Source: Eledone cirrhosa
Taxonomy: Eukaryota
Assembly (NCBI GenBank): GCA_964016885.1
Contig: OZ024747.1
Coordinates: 30,876,001 to 30,940,000, forward strand
Length of the DNA stretch: 64,000 bases
Direction: 5' to 3'
The position numbers and the translations under genes are program-made. Shown one piece after another: positions 26,001 to 39,009 of the stretch (position 1 is its first letter; each line of letters starts with the position of its first letter). Under the pieces are notes generated by a model. That model worked only from the letters and a program-made list of their open reading frames with translations, was not told the DNA's origin and made no database searches.

Positions 26001-27149
26001 CCAACTAAATGATAGATTGATTGGGTGATTTCAAAGACAGTTGGAGAGAGATAGAGAGGGGGGTGTCCAACGTCGTTAATATTGTAAATAGACAAATATA
26101 AGTTGGGGAAAATAAAATGAATAACAGTAATAATGTATACAGCACATTTTCAAATTGAGAAAATGAGAAATACCTGTAAAATGAAAGATTTATGGATGGC
26201 TGGGATGATTTGGGAATTTTTCTGCAAATCCATAGAGGTCTAAAAAAAACAGCTATATTTGCAACACCAAGATATATATATATATATATAGACACACACA
26301 TATATATATATACATATATATACAAAGGGCAGATGAGTTGTACAACGAATGTCCTGTATTTCAGGGTCATTGAGGAGATATACAATAAAGATAAAAGTAA
26401 GAATAAGTGAGGATGAAAATAAAAAAATATAAATGTGTGTGTGTGTGTGTGCACGCTAGCTTATATAGAAAGAAGAATGAAAATAAAATTGAATGATTAG
26501 AAACTCTTCTAGTATTTTTGGATTAATATTTCAGAAGTGGAATAAATCAGTTTGTTATGAGGGAAATGTTTCTGTCAGAACCTTCTAATGGAGAATCTTT
26601 CAGTAGAGAATACCCCATAGAAAATCAAATGTTTCCACTTCCTGAAATGTTTATACTTACTAATTTCCAATACACATGATTGCTGTTGACTATTTTTATA
26701 TTCTTATTCAGTTATTAATCATGATGTATTTATAGAAAAAAAAGCTATCATGAAGTGAACTAATGAGAGGTTTTTCATATGATCACTTGATCAGCATGAA
26801 ATGATACCCAGACCACCTGCAAATCACACCCTATCCACTTCAAACTGTAATGACATGCTGTATAATGTAGTTCTGGAAGCAATATAGATGAAGAAAAAAA
26901 GATAAGACGATAATCTTTAGAACACCTTTGATCATGAGTTTTAAATGATCATGGTTAACTTGAGACAAAACAACAACAGTTATTTTGTGAAGCAAGACAA
27001 AAACTGACAAAAGTCAATAATCAATTAATTACCTATGTATAAAATACACAAGGTAAGTAAAGACAAAAATATAGTTAAGAAATATGGAGACATAAATGAA
27101 AAGCTGTTGGATTATACTTCTGTTTCCTATCATGTTGTAAGGTGCATTT

Positions 27150-27605
27150 GATATAATTTGTTTGCAAGTATATATAACAGTGATTGATGTGTGGTACAAA
27201 ATACCATGCCCCACTGACTGATGTGTGATACGATATATCAAGTCTAAAAGTGATTGATGAATGATAAAGTCTTATAGTGACTGGTGATTAACAAAATACA
27301 CCAAATCCCACATAGTTGATGATTAATCAAATAGACCAACTTTAATAATGATAAATAACATAATAGACCAACTCTAATATTACTTTGTAAGAGACACGAT
27401 ATGAAAATGCTAACACTGGTTGGTGAGTGACAAAATATATCAACTCTATTAGAGTTAACTAAGTCAGAACTATACCAACTGTAGTAGAGGTTGAGTGACA
27501 AAATACACCAATATTAATGCAGTTAAGTGATAAAATGCACCAACTAGTAGAGTTAATTTTGAGGCAAAATAAGTTAACTTTAACAGGGTTAAATGACAAA
27601 ATGAT
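27150..27605. repeat. Degenerate ~33-bp minisatellite
   Basis: Recurring tgacaaaatacaccaact...agagtt units. Confidence 0.65.
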
Positions 27606-27838
27606 TACAGGTATTCCAGCCATGGTCATCCAAATGTTTTAGTGATATATATAGAGAGGACTATATTATCCAATATGTCCTTTTCTTTCTCATGGTGGTG
27701 TGGGATTTGAGGAAGTTTTCACTGCTGTTGTTAGCAAGTTGAGTAACAAGAAAAGTGTGTGTATTTTTGCATGTTATATATATATAGTATAAGAATAAAG
27801 AAACAAAGAATCAGTGTTGAATCATAACATATCTAATA

Positions 27839-27935
27839 ACATATTACATATGTTTCACTGTCGATCAGCTCAGCTCGAGGAACGATCTATTATTGATAAA
27901 ACCTGACTCTGGAATTGAAAGATCCTCAGATATGC
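27839..27935 (-). ncRNA. Type I hammerhead motif
   Basis: Minus: gcatat-CTGAGGA-(long imperfect stem II)-GAAA-CATATG-TA-atatgt. Confidence 0.6.
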
Positions 27936-28479
27936 CTCCGTATGTAAGCTCCTCTCTGATTTTGTGCTAATATCTCCATTACCTTGCTATAAGTAGCACA
28001 TTCTAACAATGTGGTGTTCTGAGGTATCCGCTCATTGGTTCGTTATACATTATAAATTCGATTTATCTACAAAATAATGTCTATCCCTCATCCGGTCAAG
28101 TCATCGTGTGCATTCATGCATGACTGTCTGCCTATCTTCCACAGCCACACTTGTTTGAAGCATTTGTTAAGCTATAAGTCATATCTAGGATGCTTTTGTG
28201 TTGACAGGTAGACACTGCACATTTAGACACTGCACATGAAAGACAAGACAAATATGGACTTACATTCACATATCTAGCATGCACGTACTCACATACAGAT
28301 GTGCGCACATATCCACCCACTCACACACATACACACAAATATATATATATATATATATACACACACACCCATCCATATATACACACACACATCCATATAT
28401 ACCCATATATATGCATACACATAATATACACACATACACATATATACATACATATACACACACATACACCTATATACTC

Positions 28480-28812
28480 TCAGACCAAGTGGTGTGTTGT
28501 TTCCTTGAGCAAGACACTTTATTTCACATTGCTCCAGTTTACTCAGCTGTAGAAATGAGATGATAGGACTGGAGTCCCTATCATTCCACTGTAAAGTGGT
28601 CGTGTAGGCGCCACGGAAAAAAAAGAATCCCTCCACTCACTGTAAATGAGGTTGGTGTTAGAAAGGGCATCCAGTTGTAGAAATCAAGCCAGAATCAGTT
28701 CCTATATGAGCAAGGCATGGTCAGCTGACCAGACACTGCCCATAAGAGGCCAACCTGTCTAACCCATGCAAGCGTGGAAGAATGGACGTAAAACGGTGAT
28801 GATGATGATGAT
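28480..28812 (+). mobile_element. SINE with RTE-derived 3' tail
   Basis: Core gtttccttgagcaagacacttta; tail aacccatgcaagcgtggaag...(gat)n also ends the LINE at 49820-49872. Confidence 0.8.
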
Positions 28813-28824
28813 ACACAAATCCAA

Positions 28825-28870
<46 letters not shown>

Positions 28871-29574
28871 TTGTATACATACACATACCTATACACACAC
28901 ATACTATATATGCATACACATACATTCACACACACACAGATATATACACCACCACATACATATGCATATAAATAAATACATACATCCGCACATGACCGTA
29001 GAGATACATAGGGAAACAATCACTAACCCACATACACACACTCTCACTGCTACTCCTACATATGCAGCCACCCTCATATATACTTATACAGATCTATACA
29101 TATACACATACATACACATACATACATGCACGCACATACCCATACAAAATTATGTAAATATACATAGGTGTCCATACATATATACTCCTGCGGACAAGCA
29201 GCCATGCTTATACTAACACATCCAATACAGACACAGACATACACATATAAACGAACCGCCACACCCACACACATATATATATATATATACATACACTCAC
29301 ACATCCACATACACATACATATATATATATACACACACACATATATATATATACACACACATATCATCATCATCATCGTTTAACGTCCATCTTCCACGCT
29401 TGCATGGGTTTACACATATATATTTATACACACACACACATATATATATACACACACACACACATATATATACACACACACACACACATATATATATACA
29501 CACACACACACACATATATATATAAACAATGAGTTATGTTCATAATATAGAGTTACATCTTTTGTTTATTACTA

Positions 29575-29607
<33 letters not shown>

Positions 29608-29799
29608 ACATGCATATATACACACCCTCACACACATGCACACATACAATCATAAACATACATATGTATGCCCACGTGCGGGAGTACACATACAACCACA
29701 CAAGGTACACATCTGTAGGTACACACTCGCGTTATAAGTGAAATATCAGGAACAAATAAAGGTGGGTCATTTAGAGAGGTGACAGGTGTCAAGACATTT

Positions 29800-31590
29800 A
29801 TGAGTGGATGCCCGTAAGTAAGAGATACCAGACGATATAGATATGAAATCCGTGATACATAACCAAATTGGATGCATGACACGTCCGTCTACAATGTGTG
29901 ACATGTTGTGCGCAGTACTCTTTCACTCCTTTTTGGTAAAATCCAATGCAGAAAATGTGCAATTCCTGTGGTGCCTGCATGCTATGATTATCTCAGATTT
30001 GAGGTTAACCGAATTATTTTTTAATCTTACTATCTCCATGGCTTCTGCCACACATAGCTTGCATCATCCATCGCCCACAGAACATGCAGCCGTATGTTTC
30101 ACTATACACCAGTGGAGCTTGTATTCTATGCCTCTATATTTTGGCCCCCAGATCAAGTCTGCCAGGCTAGTGGTGTCTCTTAGTCCAGTACTTAAACGAA
30201 TTTGTGTGGTTCTACATCCTCAACGTAAAGGTCATGGATGTTGTACCAATGTAGTTGTGCCTTGTCTACTGATGCAGCAGTTACAGGTGCGGGTGCCAGG
30301 TTGCCTGCTCATGACCCATGGGTGAGAGCCCATTGTGACTTGCCCTGCGCTTCCTCCATGCCAGTCCGTGGGCATAGTGGATGTCACATTCGAGGTTGCC
30401 ATTGGCTGGGTGCCCAGGTTACGGCACTCGGTGGGTCGCATACTAATGTGGAGTGGGTTGTAGTCGGTGTGCAGATCATTAAGTGCTCCCTCAACTACCC
30501 CGGAGAAATCTTTTATCTGCTGTTGGCGACACTTGAAATTCCTCATTTTCACTTAATCGGTGTTAACAATATAGTCACCTACGTTGAGCACAGTAGAAAA
30601 TGAAAACTTCACAGTGTGCTGATTGAATAGTTTGTGGTGTGGGTAGCTGGGAAATACTCATCCAGTGCTCAGAAGAATATCCAGGGTATGTTTGTACGTA
30701 TGTGTTTAGAGTACGGTGCATTGAACCATGTAATATTCCTCGATCTAAACCTAGTGTGTCGTCTTTGCACTGTGGGTATAGGCCCATGCTGTGTACTGCT
30801 ATTGTGCTCTTCAGTTCTGCCATCCTTCTATTCATACTACTACTAGATCTATCATTCCGGTCCGGGTTTCCGTGGTTACTGTCTATATTAGGGTGTTGAG
30901 TATTATTGACATTGTACCTATTCCTACTGGTATTGGGTGTGCTTTTGAAGCTGGTTGTTTGCATTTCCCGGTGTTCTTACATTGCCACTTACCTGTACTA
31001 TCTTGCTACATTGTTCTGCACTGGTATCCCTACCTCTAACGCTCTTATCGTTTGGTATGTCATTGAGGTGATTCCAGTTCCATGTGTTATATGCCCTAAC
31101 AATCCCTTGTGCTGCAATGTGTCTAACTGTCATGTTGTTATCCCTGTCACTATCATTGTCCTGGAGCCTATCAGTGCGTGTTTTGTGTGCGGTTAATATG
31201 CATGGCGTTACCTATACTAGTGCTACTCGTGTACTTGGGTTTCCCACAACTAGGCATGTCTGAGTCCGAGGTGTATATAATGGCTCCCGTATAACTGGTC
31301 CTAGCCAGTGCCTCATTGTAATATTCGGCATGCTGCTTGAACACATCGGTGTTGGCCGACAAGGTAGACACCCTGTTTGAAACCCCCTTAACTATAGAGT
31401 TAATTACGGATTTGGGGTAGTTCGAATGCTTGTTTATGTACTGAAATTTTCATTAGGTTTATGATAAGGTCGTTGAATGCCTGTGTCTAACTCTAGGGTT
31501 TACATCCAGGAAGTTCACCGTCTTTGTCCTATTGTCTATCTCTACTGTTAAACCATACTGTTTAAAAAAGTATCTAATACGTTTCCGCAT
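29800..31590 (-). mobile_element. Penelope-like retroelement remnant (RT thumb + GIY-YIG)
   Basis: TVNFLDV, LSANTDVFKQHAEYYNEAL, TSLADLIW, CKLCVAE, NLKSEIIIACRH; colinear with 43680-45086. Confidence 0.75.
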
Positions 31591-31775
31591 TCACCCCAGC
31601 TGGAAGGTTGAGTGAGCGGAATATAAAAAGAGCATAAAAATACCCCAGGTATTTCCTCCAACAACTGTTGCAGGAGGAAAATTCCCACTAAGTCCGTCAG
31701 CTGTGCAGAGTCACTAGAGTCCATATATATGTATATATGCTAGCATGGAAAATATACATATGATGATGATATATA

Positions 31776-32350
31776 TTATAGTTCTGGTATCTCAAATTAG
31801 TACCATCGAACCACAACTATTATAAACACCATGCATATTTCTGTAGGTACCTAGTGCCTGTTGGAATATCCATACACTTTTATAATTTTTCTCCTTATGT
31901 AGAGAACAAAACGTTGTATCGCGCTGCTATTTTTAGCGACATGATCAACAAGTGTATAATAACCCGCTTTTACTTGTGGCCTAACTTTGCGTGTGCGTCA
32001 CTTCAATGGCTTGACCGCATGCGTTGGGCAGTAAACAAAATATTGACTTACTATGAGGTTTTGCACCCTTATGGTATGGAAATAGCTGTCTGAAGATCTA
32101 ATTCTTTCCATTGGAAATTCTCTGGATTTCCAATCTTTTGATTATTGAAACCATCGGTAACAACAATAGAACAGGTGAATATTTAAATTGTTTTTTAATT
32201 TATTTAAAAGATTGTTTGATAATTGCTTGCTCCGCTCATTTTTATAGTTCTGGTATCTCAAATGAGTACCATCGAACCACAACTATTATAAACACCATGC
32301 ATATTTCTGTAGGTACCTAGTGCCTGTTGGAATATCCATACCCTTTTATA
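31776..32350 (+). mobile_element. Retrozyme-like 466-bp monomer with ~105-bp terminal redundancy
   Basis: 31776-31883 repeated at about 32242-32350; hammerhead motif between the repeats. Confidence 0.7.
32085..32164 (+). ncRNA. Type I hammerhead motif
   Basis: gctgt-CTGAAGA-(weak stem II)-GAAA-CC(atc)GG-TA-acaac. Confidence 0.6.
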
Positions 32351-32429
32351 TATATATGTATGTATATGACAGAATAACACATGATATGGCATGTTGATAG
32401 ATATTTTACCAATATTATTTTACTTTTTT

Positions 32430-32615
32430 AGGCGGTGGATTGGCAGTATCGGTAGAGGGTCGGATGCCATGCTTTCCAGCATAGTTATGTCCCTTTATGG
32501 TCTGAGTTCAAATCCTGCCGAGGTTAACTTTGCCTTTCATCCTTACGGGGTCGATAAAATAAAGTACCAGTAATGCACTGGGTAATTTCTGGCCTTGTGC
32601 CAAATGTAGAAACAA
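32430..32615 (+). mobile_element. tRNA-derived SINE (Deu/Nin-like core)
   Basis: ggcggtggattggcag...gagttcaaatcc...ctttcatccttacggggtcgataaaataaagtaccag; flanking duplication ttattttactttttt. Confidence 0.85.
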
Positions 32616-33671
32616 TTATTTTACTTTTTTTACTCTGAAGAAGGCTTGTCAAAATTGCATATCTCAAAACATTTTGTAATTGATTAAAATATGCCTTATA
32701 ATTATTCATTTGTATGTATATATATGTCCTACTATTATACGTACAGTTAATCATATCAAACCAAGTACCCATTTAAAAAACAAATTCTAGAATTTGTGTA
32801 ATCAATATCTGTTGGTCAAACTGCAAATTTACATGACATAAATAAACAGCTCTAGTGGAGTGTAGATATGGATGCATACCCATATACATAGCTAAATCGA
32901 TAGATAGTTAGATACATACATACATACACATATACATAGCTAAATCGATAGATAGTTAGGTACATACACATATACATAGATACAAACAGACAGAATGTGC
33001 TTCCACACAGTTTCTGCCAAATTGCACTCACAGGACATTGGTCATCCCATGTATATAGCAAAAGATACCTCAGGCGCCATGCAGTGGCACAGAATCTGAA
33101 ACCACGTCGTTCAAGAGTGAATGTCTTCCCTACTCAATCCTGTACATGTATATAACATTATATATAAACTTTAAAAATTTAACAAAGAAAAGACAAGACA
33201 ACAAAATGAAACAAAAAAAAACAAAAAACTACTTTTAAAGAGTAAACCTTAAAAAATTATTATTAATGGAACCATATGTACACCCATCAGGATCATTTGA
33301 CCACAGTTGCTTTTGATGCTGTTGAATAGCTCTGGTCAGTTGTGCTACAAAATGCAACTGACTTAAAAGAACAATTATTTAATGGGCATAATTAGCCATG
33401 ATTATTTTGACTTTATCATTGGCATTTTGCCAAGAATGTATATATATATATATCTATCTATATATCAGTGTGTATGTGTATGTTTGCATATATATATATA
33501 TATATATATATATTGTGTGTGCGTGTGTATATGTGTATATATATATGTGTGTATGTGTGTATGTGTATAGTTGAACAAATAAAACAAAAACACATGGATG
33601 CAAAAATACAAGATTGTATTAGGATCGCACTTAGGATGAAGTGGATACATATATATATGTGTGTGTGTGTG

Positions 33672-33737
<66 letters not shown>

Positions 33738-33810
33738 CGTATATATATATGTATATATATATATATATGTATATATATATGAGTGTGTGTGTATATATAT
33801 ATATATATAT

Positions 33811-33999
33811 AACGGAGGAAATGTGGTAAGGAACCAGGTGGACCATAACGCACCAAAGTACTCAATACTTAGGGTAGTAGAGTGGGTAATGGGAACGAGT
33901 AGGACCCCGACGGCTGAGCTCAAGCCGTTTTGACGGCTAATTCTGAATTAGCTGTCAAAACGGCTTGAGCTCAGCCGTCGGGGTCCTACTCGTTCCTAT
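33811..33999 (-). mobile_element. ~200-bp hairpin-plus-tail repeat, copy 3
   Basis: Near-perfect palindrome 33889-33999 plus tail. Confidence 0.75.
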
Positions 34000-34004
34000 A
34001 TATA

Positions 34005-35283
34005 TATATAAAGATTTACATATACACAAACTAGACAAAGTCACAGATATATATGTGTTTTGGCAACCATTCACGATGGGGCACAATGATGAATTAATAA
34101 ATTAAATAATCAGAGCAATATACTATAAAGTATGTCCATAGAATCATTTGATAATATATATACACCATTTCCTCTCCCAATTAGCATAATTAACCACACA
34201 AAAAATCAATTAGACCAGGCTCTAAGATTAAAAGGCACCTATGAAGAAATAATAGATAAATAAACGACAGCAATCTCTTTGCGGCCAACCGCCATAGAAT
34301 ATTTACCCAACATTTCAACAGCACGTGGAAATCGATTAAATATAATGTCAACCATACACAATTAGGTATAAAATTAAAGTTAAAAGAAATGGATATACAC
34401 ATACCAGGATTACGTTTCTACCCTCGGGTTTCGTTCGCATTTGGAAATATCCTATTAAGGATAAAATCTCGAGCTTCGAACTCATGAGGAAACAAACTCG
34501 TTTGAAGAGATTATTTTCTTAAGTGATCCCCGCCAGAAACGAATTCAAAATGGCTAAGAATTGTGACGTGGCAGTGGTCAAGTCAGAAAGAATGTGATTG
34601 GTTGCTTACGGTGAGTGAGCTGGTTGCTAGAAAGCGCAGCCCAATATTGCCCAAATTGCATCACAACCTTATGGGAGATTATTAAATATAAAGATTTACA
34701 TATACACAAACTCGACAAAGTCACAGATATATATGTGTTTTGGCAACCATTCACGATGTGGCTCAATAATGAATTAATAAATTAAATAATCAGAGCAATA
34801 TACTATAAAGTATGTCCATAGAATCATTTGATAATATATATACAACATTTCCTCTCCCAATTAGCATAATTAACCACACAAAAAATCAATTAGACCAGGC
34901 TATAAGATTAAAAGGCACCTATGAAGAAATAGTAGATAAATAAACGACAACAATCTCTTCGCGGCCAACCGCCATAGAATATTTACCCTACATTTCAACA
35001 GCACGTGGAAATCGATTAACTATACCGTCAACCATACACAATTAGGTATAAAATTAAAGTTAGAAGAAATGCATATACACTGTTGAAATATTGGGTAAAT
35101 ATTCTATGGTGGTTGGCCGCGAAGAGATTGCTGTCGTTTATTTATCTACTATTTTTTCATAGGTGCCTTTTAATCTTATAGCCTGGTCTAATTGATTTTT
35201 TGTGTGGTTAATTATGCTAATTGGGAGAGGAAATGGTGTATATATATTATCAAATGATTCTATGGACATACTTTATAGTATAT
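34005..35283 (-). mobile_element. Retrozyme-like partial tandem with 680-bp period and inverted end
   Basis: 34011-34400 repeated at 34691-35080; 35081-35283 is an inverted copy of about 34799-35000; (TA)n flanks. Confidence 0.75.
34413..34494 (-). ncRNA. Type I hammerhead motif with variant core (CTCATGA)
   Basis: Minus: tgtttc-CTCATGA-gttcg...cgaac-GAAA-CCC(ga)GGG-TA-gaaacg. Confidence 0.7.
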
Positions 35284-35316
35284 ATATATATATATACTTA
35301 TATATATGTATATATT

Positions 35317-35353
<37 letters not shown>

Positions 35354-35369
35354 GTATATACATATAAAA

Positions 35370-35531
35370 CAAAGAAGGTGAGGTAAGATACCAGATGAAC
35401 CATGAGTACTCTATACTTACAGTAGTAGAGTGGGTAAGAGGGAAAAGAGTCAGGATAGCTAGATCCGAACTCGGATCTAGCTGTCGAAATGGTCGACGCT
35501 CAGTTGTTGGGGCCCTGACTCTTTTCCCTAT
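35370..35531 (-). mobile_element. ~200-bp hairpin-plus-tail repeat, copy 4 (deletion in one arm)
   Basis: gggaaaagagtcagg...agctagatccga/tcggatctagct...cctgactcttttccc. Confidence 0.7.
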
Positions 35532-35534
35532 GTG

Positions 35535-35570
<36 letters not shown>

Positions 35571-35575
<5 letters not shown>

Positions 35576-36437
35576 TCATCACCGTTTTATGTCTGTTCTT
35601 CCATGCTAGCATGGGTTAGACGGGTTGTCCTGTTGTGGGCAATGTCTGGTCAACTGACCATGCCTGGCTCATACAGCAACTGAATATGGCTTGATTTCTA
35701 CAGCTGGATGCCCTTCCTAACACCAACATCATTTACAGTGAGTGCTGGGTGCTTTTTCCGTGGCACCTACACTTCCACTTTACAGTGTGGGCTGGGTGCT
35801 TTTTTTCCATGGCACCTACACTTCCGCTTTACAATGTGGGCTGGGTGCTTTTTTTCCATGGCACCTACACTTCCGCTTTACAGTGTGGGCTGGGTGCTTT
35901 TTTTCCGTGGAACCTACACTTCCGCTTTACAGTGTGGGCTGGGTGCTTTTTTTCTGTGGCACCTACACTTCCACTTTACAGTGAGTGCTGGGTGCTTTTT
36001 TTCCGTGGCACCTACACGTCCATTTTAGTGTGGGCTGGGTGCTTTTTTGCCATGGCACCTACACTTCTACTTTACAGTGAGTGCTGGGTGCTTTTTTGCC
36101 ATGGCACTTCCACGACCAATTTGCAGTGGGAGGGTGTGGGGGCATATTGTCTATATGCTTCAGCTTCGGCTTGTACCCGTGGGGTGTCGGGTCTTCTGCA
36201 TTGCTGCATGACGCCAGAGGTCACGGTCCTGTGTCATCGTCTTTGAGAGGTGCAATTGGGTAAGGTCAGCTTTTATCACCTCATCCCAGGTCTTCTTGGG
36301 TCTCCCCACTCCGCGGCTTCCATTGACTTCTAGTGCTCTGCACCTTTTTATGCAGCTGTCACCCTTCATACGCATCACATGTCCATACCAGCGCAACCTC
36401 CTCTCCTGCACACAGCATTTGATTCCTCTTATGCTCA
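35571..36437 (-). mobile_element. RTE-type LINE 3' end with expanded ~48-bp minisatellite in the 3' UTR
   Basis: RRLRWYGHVMRM, GRPKKTW; about 8 units of tttacagtg.g.gctgggtgctttttccgtggcacctacacttcc at 35732-36120. Confidence 0.88.
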
Positions 36438-36855
36438 TATATATATATATATATACTATGGAAATGAATTTATCACAAAGGCTTTATCTGTTATACATTG
36501 AGCAATTGAGCATTTCGTGTCATGCAACAATGTAGAGGAAGATTTCTTCAATGGCTTGCTGTAGTTATTGCTATTTGAATATCTCACAAGAAAATATATA
36601 TAAAATTAAGTGTTTGCTTGATATTTTATCTTTCACTAGTTTCCTCATCAAGCTCATGAAATAAATATATTGAAATGCCCCCCCCCCCCCAAAAAAAAAA
36701 CCCCAAAACAAACAGATTAAAATATTGGCTTTTCTGTGGTTTAGTGGAATACATGCTTGGTTTAATTTACCAGAAAGACATCAGGAGAGAAATGTAATCA
36801 ATTATGTAGAATGTAATGCAGAAAAAAACAAAAACAACAACAACAACAACAACAC

Positions 36856-36907
<52 letters not shown>

Positions 36908-37649
36908 AATAATTATGCTATATTACTATGGAAAAACTGAAAATGGAAACTGAATGTGTGTTTTTTTTCCTTCAATTACCACCAATATTTCAAACTGAAA
37001 ATATTTTATGGGTTTTCTTTTTCTTTTATATTCTAATTTTTATTCAAGAATGATTGAAGTGCTGTGTACGATTTATCACTTTAACGGCATTGCAGTAAAT
37101 GCAATGATGAAGAAGACAATCAATAAATATATAAATAATAACAGTAATCAAGAAATAATGAGAAGTATAAGAACAATACTACTACTACTAATAATAATGA
37201 TAATTATTATTATTATTATTAACAACATTATTATTATTATTAATATTATTCCTATGGTGGAAGTGGAGGCAGTAAGACAGATATGATTAAAGATACAAGC
37301 AAAAAGAAGGCAAAAATACAAAATAATGAAAGAACGATTGCTAAGCCATGATAATAATGGTAGTGGTGTTTAAATTAGCTGTCAAAATGATGGAATTTGA
37401 TCATGAAATACCTAGAGTTTCTATTTCATTAAAATATATTCCACTAAAATATTTTGACCATCCTGCTTAATTTTCATCCTCCATTATGGTAATAGATGAT
37501 GTTTTGTTTTAGTTTGTGTTGTTTTCTATAGTTTTGTTTCTATTATTTTATAAAGAATAGTCTTTTGTGCGTTTGCTTGCTTTATTCATTAGTGTTAACA
37601 TTATAATTGTAATGAGTTAATCTATTATCATTATCATTAGCTTTATTGG

Positions 37650-38090
37650 ATGGTGGATTGGCAGTAACGGTATAACATTGGACAACATGCTTTGCTGCCT
37701 ATATGGCTCTTTACATTCTGAGTTCAAATCCCACTGAGGTTAGCTTTATCTTTCATCTTACATGGTCAATAAAATAAGGCACCAGTAATGCACTGGGGCC
37801 AATCTAATAGACTTTCCCGTCACCCAAAATTCTTGGCCTTGTGCCTAAATAAGAAACCATTATTTGAGAGTGGTGGATTATCAATACCAGCAGTGTGTTG
37901 GACACCATGCTTTGCTGCATATAGTTATGGCAGTGCCACAGCATGCTCTGAGTTCAAATTCTGCTGAAGTTAGCTTTACCTTTCATCCTTACGGAGTCAA
38001 TAAAATAAAGTACCAGTAATGCACTGACGCCAATTTAATTGACTTTCCCCTTTCCTTCAAATTGCTGGCCCTATGCCTAAAGTAGAAACA
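37650..38090 (+). mobile_element. Two adjacent SINE copies (Deu/Nin-like)
   Basis: ggtggatt...gagttcaaat...ctttcatc...aataaaataa..accagtaatgcactg occurs twice (about 37650-37862 and 37868-38090). Confidence 0.8.
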
Positions 38091-38691
38091 AGTAAGAAAT
38101 TATTACTTTTTTTACTCTTTTACCTCTTCCAGTCATCCGGCTGAAGCCATGCTGCGGCACTGCCATTTCATTATCTTTATCCTCAAGATGCTACGTCTGT
38201 TGGGAAAATATTCATATGAGCTTGAGGTTGTACTGTACCCATTATAACCAACTATGTGACATAAAAAAAAGCCTCTATCAGCCTGCTGGAAATAGTTGCA
38301 AAATTTCCTGTAAATGATATCCTACTATCTTATAAAAAGGATGGATATAGCAAATAATATATTCCTATATACATACAACATGGTACTTGAATGAAAAAAG
38401 AAATACACAGCATAGATATGAGTGGAGTACTTTTGATCATATGTCTGAGTTATTTCTATTGGAAGACTGATGCATAAAGTGTTTTGTTATTGTTGTGGTT
38501 GTGTAGCCTCAGGTAAGATCTGTTTGAACAGACCTATGATTAAAGGCCATCCCTCCCTGACCGTCAATCAGGCATTGCTTCCAGGTTAGTAAATCTAAAA
38601 GTACATTATCGAATAAAATGGTTGGATGTTATATGAGGAAGCTGTGGCTTTATAAGAATGTCAAGTGACTGCTTAGAGCTGCCTAATTATA

Positions 38692-38890
38692 TGAGGGTGA
38701 GCTCAAAAGTTCATAGGCTGATTATGAAGGAGTGATGCTAGAGCTGTGAAATCTTGCATGCATTAATTTCAACTCTTTTTATAAATAACTGAATTGTTTC
38801 TTTCCAGGGAATATATTGAAAAATAAACCTTATTTGGTCATTCCAAGGAGAGTATCTTCGTCAGCTTAAGAACTTTTCAGCAAACACTCA
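38692..38890. mobile_element. Tc1/mariner-like MITE
   Basis: Imperfect TIR tgagggtgagctcaaaagttc / gaacttttcagcaaacactca with TA on both sides. Confidence 0.65.
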
Positions 38891-39009
38891 TATATATTTG
38901 CTATTAAGTAGATTAGATTAAATGATGCACAAAATATATGCAAAGAAAGGTCCATCCATTTAGAGAACATAACTATAGAAACTGAATATTAACAATATTG
39001 TGACATTTT

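Noticed and set aside
31630-31705. Minus-strand CTGACGG...GAAATACC/GGTATT
   Set aside because: Core mismatch, long unpaired insert and no convincing stem I
35732-36120. Regular repeat array superficially like CRISPR
   Set aside because: Contiguous units without unique spacers, no cas genes, eukaryotic LINE UTR context
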